The notes under the pieces were generated by a model that was not told the origin of the DNA, ran no database searches, and saw nothing but the letters and a program-made list of their open reading frames with translations. A stretch of 64,000 nucleotides of DNA from assembly GCA_934700895.1 (NCBI GenBank), contig CAKUXV010000001.1:269289-333288 (forward strand), given 5' to 3'. Shown here piece by piece: positions 8,860 to 17,499 of the stretch. Positions within the stretch are counted from its first letter, which is position 1, and every line of letters starts with the position of its first letter. Position numbers and translations under genes: made by a program. The stretch comes from an uncultured Bacilli bacterium (GTDB taxonomy: Bacteria; Bacillota_I; Bacilli_A; RFN20; CAG-826).

Positions 8860-10602
8860 ATGTATTCCAATTCCCATTTGTCCGTTCTTCGCCAAGCCAT
8901 GAAGGAAAAAGGCATCAAGGCTTATTTGATGAAAACGGGCGACCCCCACAATTCGGAAGAGCCCGCTCCCTATTATTCGGCGGAACGTCGTTTCTTTTGC
9001 CCGTTTAGCGGCGATAACGCCTATGTGATCGTGACGGAAAAAGACGCGGTTTTGTTTAGCGATGGTCGCTTCATGTTATCGGCCAACGAGGAAATTAAGG
9101 GCACCCCCTATGCTTTTATCGAGCTTTATCGCCCTGGGAATCCTACTCCGGAAGAATATCTTCGCAAGAACGGTCTCTATCCGCTGGGCGTGGATTTTTC
9201 TTATCTTTCCCTCACTGATTTAAAAGAACTAAGAAAAGGGGGAGAAGTACAAGACGTTTCCTTCTTAAGTCTTATTGATGACCTCCCTTCCCTTTCTCAT
9301 GACCCCCTTTGGTCTTTTGATTCGCCCGCTTATCAAGACTATAACCACCTAGAGAAACTAGAAATCGTTCGGAGTGCCATGAAGGAAAAAGGCGTAGAAG
9401 CCCTTCTCATCACGACTTTGGACGACATCGCCTATTTGACCAACCTAAGGGGCAACGACCTCTTAAACACGCCTTTATTCTATTCCTACGCCTATTTGAC
9501 GCTTCATGAAGCCCATTTGTTCTTGGCTTCAGGGCGTTTGGAGCATCTAGAAGGCTATACCCTCCACGATTTAAGCGAAATCGCCCCTTTTGTTAAAGAA
9601 AGGGAAAACCTTTTGACTTGGGTGGATGAAAAGGAATGCAACGCTCGTTTGGCTTCATTGCTGCAAAATCCTTTTGACGCGGAAGTTCCTACCCGCTTAG
9701 AGAAGGCGGTCAAAGGACCCAAAGAAATCGAAAACATCATCTCCATCCAAGAAGAAGACGGGGTGGCCCTTTTGAAGTTCATCGATTTCCTCGATCGAGC
9801 AAAACCCGGCTTAACGGAATGGGAGGTTGTAGAAAAACTCCATGAATTCCGCGCGGAAGGGAAGCGTTTTCTCGACGAATCCTTCACCACGATTGCCGCG
9901 ATGGGCCCGAATGCTGCGATGATGCACTACGCCCCCACAGAGCAAATCTATGCCACCTGGGACGAAAATACGGTGGAATTGCTTTTAGATAGCGGAGGTC
10001 AGTATTTGGGAGGCACCACGGATACTACGAGAACCTTCTTGCTTGGCACCCCAAGCCCCGAATATATCCGCGATTACACCTTGACCCTTCGTTCGGTGAT
10101 CGCGCTTTCTGCCTGCGTTTTCCTCCAAGGGGCCAATGGCCAATGCATTGACATGATGGCAAGGGAAATCATGTGGAGGGAAGGGATGGACTATAAATGC
10201 GGAACCGGGCATGGCGTTGGCTATTTAAGCGTCGTCCACGAATCGCCCAACGGCTTCCGCTATCGTCCCGCCAAAGGCAAAAACGATGGAGCGAACATCG
10301 TTCCCGGCATGATCACGACCATCGAACCCGGCGTTTATAAGGCCAATAAGTACGGCATTCGCATCGAAAATAACCTTCTTTGCGTCCCCGCCTTCGTGAC
10401 TCCAGACGGCACATTCTACCGCTTCCAAACGATCACCTACGTTCCCATCGATACCAAAGCTTTGGATTTGACGTTATTAAGCGAAACGGATATCGCTTGG
10501 ATCAATGCCTATCATCAAGAGGTTTTTAAGCGCTTGTCGCCCAAGATAGAAGGGCGTCTGTTAGATGTTTTAAAAGAAAAGACGAAGCCCCTTTATCGAT
10601 AA
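8860..10602 (+). CDS. pepP: Xaa-Pro aminopeptidase (M24B; creatinase-like N-terminal domain plus M24 domain).
   Basis: GGAGGG ribosome-binding site. HGVGYLSVVHE motif and M24 metal-ligand pattern. About 580 aa. Confidence 0.85.
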   Translation: MYSNSHLSVLRQAMKEKGIKAYLMKTGDPHNSEEPAPYYSAERRFFCPFSGDNAYVIVTEKDAVLFSDGRFMLSANEEIKGTPYAFIELYRPGNPTPEEYLRKNGLYPLGVDFSYLSLTDLKELRKGGEVQDVSFLSLIDDLPSLSHDPLWSFDSPAYQDYNHLEKLEIVRSAMKEKGVEALLITTLDDIAYLTNLRGNDLLNTPLFYSYAYLTLHEAHLFLASGRLEHLEGYTLHDLSEIAPFVKERENLLTWVDEKECNARLASLLQNPFDAEVPTRLEKAVKGPKEIENIISIQEEDGVALLKFIDFLDRAKPGLTEWEVVEKLHEFRAEGKRFLDESFTTIAAMGPNAAMMHYAPTEQIYATWDENTVELLLDSGGQYLGGTTDTTRTFLLGTPSPEYIRDYTLTLRSVIALSACVFLQGANGQCIDMMAREIMWREGMDYKCGTGHGVGYLSVVHESPNGFRYRPAKGKNDGANIVPGMITTIEPGVYKANKYGIRIENNLLCVPAFVTPDGTFYRFQTITYVPIDTKALDLTLLSETDIAWINAYHQEVFKRLSPKIEGRLLDVLKEKTKPLYR

Positions 10603-10615
10603 GCTTCGCTCTCTT

Positions 10616-11173
10616 TTATTGTTTTAACGGCACGATTCGATGCGGCCACTCGTATCGAACCAGTCCGCAATTAGGAATCATATACGAGACGAATTCCTCG
10701 TTATTTAAGTCATGGAAATAGGTCTCAACCACCCGCGACATTCCTCCGTGAGCCACGATTAAGATATTTTTGTCTGGGCAGGTCTCTTCGAGTTCGTGGA
10801 GGAAGGAATAAACGCGGTAGGCCACATCCAAATACCCCTCTCCCCCGGGATAGCGGCAAAAGAAGTGCTGCCGTTGCTTTTTGTATTCTTCGTTATGACG
10901 GGACACCCCTTCGAATTGGCCGTAATATTCTTCGGCTAGCCGATCGTCGGTAAGAAGGAGAATCTTACGGTCTCCCCTTGCGATTTCCGCCGTTTCATAG
11001 GCCCGTTTTAACGGGGAAGAATAAATGACGTCCAAAGGAATGTTCTGGATTTTGATCCGAAGTTCTTCGGCCTCTTTTCGCCCCGTCTCGTTTAAGGGGA
11101 TGTCTTTCCTTCCCTGAATTTTGTAATCGAGGTTCCAGTCGGTTTGGCCGTGACGCGTGTAATAAATCGCCAT
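10616..11173 (-). CDS. Histidine phosphatase family protein (phosphoglycerate-mutase-like). The start is probably the internal ATG (MAIYYTRHG...); the upstream extension to 11293 would overlap the divergent neighbour.
   Basis: RHGQTDWN catalytic motif. HGG later in the sequence. Confidence 0.7.
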   Translation of the reverse strand: MAIYYTRHGQTDWNLDYKIQGRKDIPLNETGRKEAEELRIKIQNIPLDVIYSSPLKRAYETAEIARGDRKILLLTDDRLAEEYYGQFEGVSRHNEEYKKQRQHFFCRYPGGEGYLDVAYRVYSFLHELEETCPDKNILIVAHGGMSRVVETYFHDLNNEEFVSYMIPNCGLVRYEWPHRIVPLKQ

Positions 11174-11258
11174 GTCCGCAATCTTACCACAAAAGGAGCT
11201 CCCTCTATAAGGAAGGGAAGCGGAGGTGATATAATGCAGCCCGAAAGAAGGACGAACC

Positions 11259-11867
11259 ATGGATTGGAAGCTTATCGACGTTACCAAGGACACGAATCAT
11301 CGATTCCTCAATGAATACACCCTCCATTATGAGGTTTCTACGGGGAATGGAACTCGATCCTATGATTATTTCGTGGCTTCTAGAAACGAACCCGCTACGC
11401 TTCGCTCCATTACGCGCGATTATTCTCGCCCCGATGGGGTGGTGATGTGCCTTTATGAAATCGACCCAGCGACCCAAGAGGTTTCCGTTTTGTTCACCAA
11501 ACAATTCCGTCCTGCGTTAGGCGCCTATATGACTTCTTTCCCCGCAGGGCTGCTTGATCCCGAAGATCCCGATATGCTCGTTGCAGCTAAACGCGAGGCT
11601 AAAGAAGAAGCAGGGGTTGAAATCGATGACATAGAAATCCTTGCTCCGGCTTGCCCGACTTCCAGTGGGCTTTCCGATGAACTCGATGGTTTTATTTTGG
11701 CACGAATCGTGGGAAAAGAAGAAAAGAAGCTCGAGGATTTTGAGGATATTTCCACGCGCCTCGTCCCCTTGAAAGATGTCCCAGCGATGATGAAAGATCC
11801 CACCTATCATATCCCCCTTCCCGTCCGTCTTTGCCTCCATTACCTGTTAGAAAGATTTGCTCGATGA
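11259..11867 (+). CDS. NUDIX hydrolase (ADP-ribose pyrophosphatase-like).
   Basis: Nudix box GLLDPEDPDMLVAAKREAKEEAGV. Confidence 0.75.
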   Translation: MDWKLIDVTKDTNHRFLNEYTLHYEVSTGNGTRSYDYFVASRNEPATLRSITRDYSRPDGVVMCLYEIDPATQEVSVLFTKQFRPALGAYMTSFPAGLLDPEDPDMLVAAKREAKEEAGVEIDDIEILAPACPTSSGLSDELDGFILARIVGKEEKKLEDFEDISTRLVPLKDVPAMMKDPTYHIPLPVRLCLHYLLERFAR

Positions 11868-12601
11868 ATTCCCCTCAAAAAGATTTGCTGAAGAAGCGTC
11901 ATTATAATTTTGACCTCGGCCCCTTAGTCAAAGGGGTGCGTTTCTATTGGGTCCCGTTGATTTTGCTTCTGGTTCCCATCCTCTACATCATGGGATATGG
12001 GATGCGTTTTTATTCCGCGAAGCCCGAATATTTTTTGGGCGCGGACGAAGCGCTCGCCTCCTCCTTCAGCGGATATGAACTGGCCAAAATGGGGTTAGGA
12101 GGCCAAATCACCTTGGGCTTATGGGTTTTTAGCCTTGCATTACTGGTGGTTTCCGCGGTTTTGTTGTCCCTTTATCCGGTTTTCCGCGGCGTAAAATACT
12201 GCAACATCGTTTTTGGAATCCCCTGGGTTTTCTTTGCCGCTTGCAACACGGCCCTATTAATTACGATTGCCGAGCAAGTTCGTGGGCTCAATATCGCCTA
12301 TTACCAAGCGAAAGAACTTGATTTCCCCGAAGGGATGGGGCCCTATGGCTTAGCCAATATGACTTATTGGGTTTTGTTCGTCGCCCCCTTGGGTTTGATG
12401 CTTTGGTGGTGGGCTGTCAATTTCATCAATTTGTATTATTCCAAGAAAAAGAAAGCTTCAGGCGAGATTTCTCCCCAAGCGGAAAGCCAAATCCAGGGGG
12501 AGGAAGAGGAGAAGCAGCCCGAAGGCGAGCTGGTTCTTAGCCATGAAAATCATGGCGAGGATAGTCAAAGCAAGGAAAAGCAAGAAAAGAGAGAGGATTA
12601 A
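11864..12601 (+). CDS. Polytopic membrane protein with an acidic, low-complexity C-terminal tail.
   Basis: The ATG overlaps the upstream TGA (ATGA). Five or six hydrophobic helices. Confidence 0.5.
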   Translation: MNSPQKDLLKKRHYNFDLGPLVKGVRFYWVPLILLLVPILYIMGYGMRFYSAKPEYFLGADEALASSFSGYELAKMGLGGQITLGLWVFSLALLVVSAVLLSLYPVFRGVKYCNIVFGIPWVFFAACNTALLITIAEQVRGLNIAYYQAKELDFPEGMGPYGLANMTYWVLFVAPLGLMLWWWAVNFINLYYSKKKKASGEISPQAESQIQGEEEEKQPEGELVLSHENHGEDSQSKEKQEKRED

Positions 12602-13024
12602 GGTTTCTTCCCTCTTTTTTTCTTTGTCCTTGAAACGCTTCCCCATTAAATAGAATTCGTAAAAATAGCCGGGATATCCGAGGAGTAAAACAGCAATTGG
12701 GCCAATCGCGGGGCTTAAATCGCCGAGGAGGTTCATACTAGAAAGCACAATGCCAATCCCGGCCAAAACGGCTCCGCCCCCATCGATTTCCAAAAGCAAT
12801 TTCCATTTGCCAAAGATTTCAGGACGGGGGTCCTCTAAGCCGTAATGCTCAAAAAGGACATAAAGGGGATGCGCAGCCCCAAAGCAAAGAAAAGGAACCC
12901 AAAAAGGATATTGGGGGTCGGGGAAAGTGGCGCGCAAAAAAAGAAGGATCGTTCCACCCACCGCCAAAAGGAGCATCAGGGCAAATCCCAGGGGCGCATA
13001 TTCGTTATCCGTCTTCTTTTCCAT
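12458..13024 (-). CDS. Small membrane protein. Its 3' end overlaps the previous gene, so one of the two 3' ends may be mis-called.
   Basis: Hydrophobic helices. Converges on 11864-12601 and overlaps it by 144 nt. Confidence 0.4.
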   Translation of the reverse strand: MEKKTDNEYAPLGFALMLLLAVGGTILLFLRATFPDPQYPFWVPFLCFGAAHPLYVLFEHYGLEDPRPEIFGKWKLLLEIDGGGAVLAGIGIVLSSMNLLGDLSPAIGPIAVLLLGYPGYFYEFYLMGKRFKDKEKKREETLILSLFLLFLALTILAMIFMAKNQLAFGLLLLFLPLDLAFRLGRNLA

Positions 13025-13328
13025 TCCCCCATTATAAGACTTCTCCCGTAAAAATGGCTAGATGCCTTGCCTTCGGTGATTAAGGCTTAAGTCTGTGAAA
13101 ATTTACAAAAAAGTAAGTTTTTGAAATAATAGAAAATTTATCCGTTTAACGGAACTATTGTTTAAAAAAGTAAGAGAAATTTACCAAAATATTAAGAATG
13201 GAAAAAATGTTGATGCATGTATCTTGAAAGTCTAAAAAAACGCTTTATGATTATCAGGCTCATTGGTGACCGCACCCCTAGTCTCCAGTGAGTTTTTTCT
13301 TTCTAAGAACCCTGCTAGAATATGCCCT

Positions 13329-13757
13329 ATGGAAAAGAACATTCTCTCTCTTGATTTGGGAAAAGGATCCCTGGGAATCGCAATCTCCCGTTCGGGGATG
13401 CTTGTCTCCCTTCTTCCGAACCTGCGTTTCAAGGCCGGGGATTACGAAGAGGCGATCCGTCTTTTAGAAAAAGCGGTAGAAGGGGAGAAAATTGAGCATA
13501 TCTGCATCGGCCTTCCCCTCTTTCCTAGCGGAGACCCCTGCGAAATGACCCCCCTCGTGAAGGCGTTCATTCCTAAGGTGGAAGCCTTGTTTCCGGGAGT
13601 GAAAATCACCCCGGTAGACGAAAGAAATTCCACGGTAGAAGCTAGTGCCCTCCTCCATCAAGGCGGGGAAAGAAGCAAAAAGCAGCGGCATCATATCGAT
13701 TCCGCTGCCGCTGGAGTGATTTTGCAACGTTATTTGGCTTTGATTGGCCAAGACTAG
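13329..13757 (+). CDS. ruvX: Holliday-junction resolvase-like nuclease RuvX/YqgF.
   Basis: N-terminal ILSLDLGKGSLGIAIS motif. Preceded by an extended -10 TGCTAGAAT. Confidence 0.8.
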   Translation: MEKNILSLDLGKGSLGIAISRSGMLVSLLPNLRFKAGDYEEAIRLLEKAVEGEKIEHICIGLPLFPSGDPCEMTPLVKAFIPKVEALFPGVKITPVDERNSTVEASALLHQGGERSKKQRHHIDSAAAGVILQRYLALIGQD

Positions 13758-14614
13758 GCCTCCGAGGCCTTTTTTTCTTTTTCGGAAAGAATCGCACGAA
13801 GGTCGTCGCTGGTGAAATAGTAGGATTTGCCGCAGAACCCGCAATCCACGTGGATGGTCTTCCCCTCCTCAGCGATCTGAGCGAGCTCATCCGAAGGCAA
13901 TAAAGATAAGGTTTTTCGGCTTTTTTCTTGACTGCAAAGGCATTTCCATTCGATTTCTTTTTCGATTTTGGTTTCGTAATCCTTCTCACCAAATAGCATT
14001 CCAAGAATTTCCTCGAGGCTATTTTGATGGAAATCCAAGGCTTCGAGGCTTGGCATCTTATTCCAAGCTTCGCGAACCGCTTTCCGAGTGGAATCGTCGG
14101 CGAAGGGCAACGCCTGCGCCATATAGCCAAAAGCCCGATGTAGCGTTCCGTTTTGATGGAAAAAAACCCCGAGTTTGCAATAGGTTTCGATTTGTTCGCT
14201 TTGGGTAAAATATTCTTCCATCGCTTTTTCGAGGTTTCCCATATCGCAGAGGACGGAAGATTGATAAGGCTCTTTTAACCCTAAGTCTTTGGTAACGGTG
14301 AAAAGCCCAGGCCCTGATAGAATGGGGCTAGAAATCGAAGCGGAATAGGCTTTGACGTGGATGAAAGAATCCGCGTTGGCGATGAGGTCTTCTTTCCCGT
14401 CGAAACTTTTGAGTTCCGCGGATAAGTCGCATCCCTCCCCTTTCAAGGTGCTTCCTAGCATCGCGCTTAAAAGCATCAAGCCCCCGATTCCTTGGAGGGA
14501 GCCCGAGGAATAATGACGAAGTTTCACGGCTTCTTGGAGGGATTCCGTGCAGTCGCAGGCAAACCCCATCCACTCGCCCTTTTCGCCTAGATATCGAAGC
14601 AAACGGTCTTTCAT
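13754..14614 (-). CDS. hslO: Redox-regulated chaperone Hsp33.
   Basis: C-terminal zinc centre CLC...CGFC. About 290 aa. Confidence 0.8.
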   Translation of the reverse strand: MKDRLLRYLGEKGEWMGFACDCTESLQEAVKLRHYSSGSLQGIGGLMLLSAMLGSTLKGEGCDLSAELKSFDGKEDLIANADSFIHVKAYSASISSPILSGPGLFTVTKDLGLKEPYQSSVLCDMGNLEKAMEEYFTQSEQIETYCKLGVFFHQNGTLHRAFGYMAQALPFADDSTRKAVREAWNKMPSLEALDFHQNSLEEILGMLFGEKDYETKIEKEIEWKCLCSQEKSRKTLSLLPSDELAQIAEEGKTIHVDCGFCGKSYYFTSDDLRAILSEKEKKASEA

Positions 14615-14796
14615 GCCCCCATTCTAGACATCATCGCGAAAGAATCAAATAAAAAAGAAAAAGTGTCGATAAAGCGTAGATTCTATTTCAAATTTTAAAC
14701 AAAGTGCATTTTTTAAGAAGCAGTTCTATTTTCTTTCTTTGATTTTGTGTTATCGTAAGTTCAGGTAACATGGGGGCCGGGAAGGAGATTTTCAAA

Positions 14797-15384
14797 ATGG
14801 AAAAGAAACCGAGAAAAGAATACCGCAACGTCGAACGCTCGAAAGCGGCTTTAGCCGATGGGTTGGTTCGACTTTTGTTGAAGGGCAGGCCTTTTGCCAA
14901 AATTACCGTTTCGGAGCTTTGCGAAGAAGCGGGGGTGAACCGTGGAACCTTCTACAATCACTATTCGACGATTGATCAAATCGCGGATGCGGTGGAAAAC
15001 AAATACATGTCCGCCCTCAATGCACGGATGCAGGAATGCGATTTTGCTTCGTCGGAATCGATTTTAACGTTTTTCAACAACTTAAACGAATACCTGCAGG
15101 AACATCAAAACCAGGCCATGGCCATTTCCCGTTGCCTTCCCTCCCAATTCTTTGACGAAATCCGTCATCAACTTTGCAAGGCAACCTGCCTCGGACTCGA
15201 AAGCCGTTGCACGGATTACCCGAACGTGCATGAGATTTCTCGCGAAGTGGAAGTGGTTGCCCAAGGCATCGCCATCATCTACACGGAATTGATTCTTGGC
15301 AAGAGCGACATGACTTACAACGAAGCCGCCGCCGCTTGTTCGGGAACTTTGTTCCTTTTGTTCCAAAGCCTCGCTCAGCGATAA
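14797..15384 (+). CDS. TetR/AcrR-family transcriptional regulator.
   Basis: N-terminal HTH ITVSELCEEAGVNRGTFYNHY. GGAAGGAG ribosome-binding site before the ATG at 14797. Confidence 0.75.
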   Translation: MEKKPRKEYRNVERSKAALADGLVRLLLKGRPFAKITVSELCEEAGVNRGTFYNHYSTIDQIADAVENKYMSALNARMQECDFASSESILTFFNNLNEYLQEHQNQAMAISRCLPSQFFDEIRHQLCKATCLGLESRCTDYPNVHEISREVEVVAQGIAIIYTELILGKSDMTYNEAAAACSGTLFLLFQSLAQR

Positions 15385-16127
15385 AGACCGTATTCGATAA
15401 GGATCTTCCCTTTGCGGGAGGATCCTTTTTCTTTATAGAAGATGCCTTTTCCCTTTCCGCGGAAAGTTAGAATAGTCCCCTCTTCGACTTCCATGTCTTT
15501 TTGATGCAACACCGTCCCGCCCAAAAAGATTTTGCTCGCGTCGATAGCTTCTTGAGCTTGGGCGCGGGAGCAGGAGAACATCTCGCTGATGACGCCATCT
15601 AAGCGGTTGCTTGATATCGTCCCGTGACGAATTTCGATACGAGGAGAGAAATTCATCGAGGACAGGGGTACGAATTTGACCTGAATCTTATGGGGACCGA
15701 CTTCTTGCAAGGAGGCGATTTCTTCTTGAAGGGAAGGAAGACAAAAGGAATAGGCTTCCGCCCCTTCAACCAAGACGTCTCCTAAGGCGTCTCGTTCGAT
15801 CCCCTGGCCAAGCAACGCCCCTAACACCTGGCGGTGTTCTAATTTCTCCCCGAATTTTTTGCCGCTCGCCTCGATATGGAAGCAAAGTAGAAACGGTTGG
15901 ACATCAAAATCCTCCCCTTCTTTGAGGGGCTCGGGAAGGAAAATGGCCATTTTCCGTTCCGCGGATGGGTATCCGCCTGAAAGAAGAAAACGATTGGAAG
16001 GAAAATAATGAATTAATTCCCTCCACTCATCCTGCGTCAAAAAGCAAGAAGACAAAGGGCAGGACCATTGCTCACTGTGGAGATAAAGGTCGCGAAGATG
16101 TCCTAATAACGTCGAATCCAGTGCCAT
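15375..16127 (-). CDS. YlmH-like S4-domain RNA-binding protein.
   Basis: C-terminal S4 domain RLDGVISEMFSCSRAQAQEAIDASKIFLGGTV. The internal ATG was chosen to avoid a divergent overlap. Confidence 0.6.
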   Translation of the reverse strand: MALDSTLLGHLRDLYLHSEQWSCPLSSCFLTQDEWRELIHYFPSNRFLLSGGYPSAERKMAIFLPEPLKEGEDFDVQPFLLCFHIEASGKKFGEKLEHRQVLGALLGQGIERDALGDVLVEGAEAYSFCLPSLQEEIASLQEVGPHKIQVKFVPLSSMNFSPRIEIRHGTISSNRLDGVISEMFSCSRAQAQEAIDASKIFLGGTVLHQKDMEVEEGTILTFRGKGKGIFYKEKGSSRKGKILIEYGLYR

Positions 16128-16177
16128 AAACAAAGAAATTTTAACGGATGGGAAGGAAAATAGAATAAGATACCACC

Positions 16178-17383
16178 ATGACTGAATTGAACTTATCAAT
16201 CGCCGCGAAATGCCTCAACTGCAAATCTCCCCGCTGCGTCGCTTCTTGTCCCCTTCAAAATCGCATTCCCGAGATTCTTTCTTTATGGAAGAAAGGAAAG
16301 GAAGAAGAAGCTGCTAAGCTTCTCTATGCCCAAAATCCTTTTCCAGAATTGACCGCCCCTCTTTGTGACCATAACCGTCAATGCAAAGGGAATTGCGTCC
16401 TGAACGTTAAAGGGGATCCTGTGGATTTTCCTTCTGTGGAAAAAGAAATTGCCTCCCTATACCCACGCCCTTTGGACACGGCACCTAAAAACGGAAAGTC
16501 CATTGCCCTTGTGGGAGCCGGCCCCGCCAATTTATCTCTAGGTTATTATTTGCTCCAAAAAGGATATGAAGTCGCCTATTTTGAAAAAGAAAAGGGAATT
16601 GGAGGGGCGATTCGCTCTGGAATTCCCACCCTTCGTTTTCATAAATCGCCCCTATTCAAAATCCAAGAAGATTTAGAAAAAATGGGCGCCGTTTTCCATT
16701 TCCAAGTGACGATTGGTATCGATAAAACGGCGGAAAAACTGCAACACGAATTCGATGACGTGGTCCTAGGCGTTGGGGCCGAGAAAGAGAATCTCGCGGG
16801 TTTAGAAGTCGGGAATGGGGTAGAAAGCGGACTCGTCTTCCTTCGTCGTTTGAATCTAGAAAAAGGACGTTATTTGAACGAATATCGTGCATTGAAAAGC
16901 GATCATTTCGTTTGGGGCGGAGGCAATGTGGCTTTGGATTGCGCTCGCCTAGCCAAACGGCTGCTAGGCAAAGCCACGATTATCTATCGACGTTCCGAAG
17001 CCGAGATGCCCGCATCCAAAGAAGAAATTGAAGCGGCCAAAAAAGAAGGGGTTCGTTTCCTGTTCCTTGAAAACATCCGGAACGTAAAACGAGATGAAAA
17101 AGGAAAATTGGCCGAAATCGAAACCATCCAAATGGAATTAGGAGAACTTGATGCTTCCGGCCGCCCCTCCTGTCATGAAATCCCTGGCTCTTATTCAACG
17201 CGCCCCTGTGCCCATCTTATTCTGTGCTTAGGTGAAAAACCGACGTTTGAAGCACTGAAAATGGATCCCAATGCCTTGCCGGAACACGTCTATTTAAACG
17301 GGGACTGCGCTTATGGGGCTAAAAACATCGCTAAAGCAATCGCATCTGGCCGCGAACTCGCAAAAAAGATTTCGGGGAGATAA
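16178..17383 (+). CDS. GltD-family NAD(P)H-dependent Fe-S flavoprotein (glutamate-synthase small-subunit / PreT-like oxidoreductase).
   Basis: N-terminal Cys cluster CLNCKSPRCVASCP. Dinucleotide fold VGAGPANLSLGYYL and a second GG motif. Confidence 0.7.
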   Translation: MTELNLSIAAKCLNCKSPRCVASCPLQNRIPEILSLWKKGKEEEAAKLLYAQNPFPELTAPLCDHNRQCKGNCVLNVKGDPVDFPSVEKEIASLYPRPLDTAPKNGKSIALVGAGPANLSLGYYLLQKGYEVAYFEKEKGIGGAIRSGIPTLRFHKSPLFKIQEDLEKMGAVFHFQVTIGIDKTAEKLQHEFDDVVLGVGAEKENLAGLEVGNGVESGLVFLRRLNLEKGRYLNEYRALKSDHFVWGGGNVALDCARLAKRLLGKATIIYRRSEAEMPASKEEIEAAKKEGVRFLFLENIRNVKRDEKGKLAEIETIQMELGELDASGRPSCHEIPGSYSTRPCAHLILCLGEKPTFEALKMDPNALPEHVYLNGDCAYGAKNIAKAIASGRELAKKISGR

Positions 17384-17394
17384 ATTTTAAGAAA

Positions 17395-17421
17395 TTAGCA
17401 CTCACCACTTGCGAGTGCCAA
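17395..17421 (+). promoter_or_regulatory. CIRCE operator (HrcA binding site) overlapping the clpB promoter.
   Basis: TTAGCACTC-N9-GAGTGCCAA against the consensus TTAGCACTC-N9-GAGTGCTAA. -35 TTGCGA inside the repeat and -10 TACAAT 16 nt downstream. Confidence 0.75.
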
Positions 17422-17499
17422 AATAGCACGTACAATAATAGCGCTTAGGTTTGTTCCTAGGCGCTTCTTTGTTTCCAAAAATAGAAGGAGGGCATCAAT

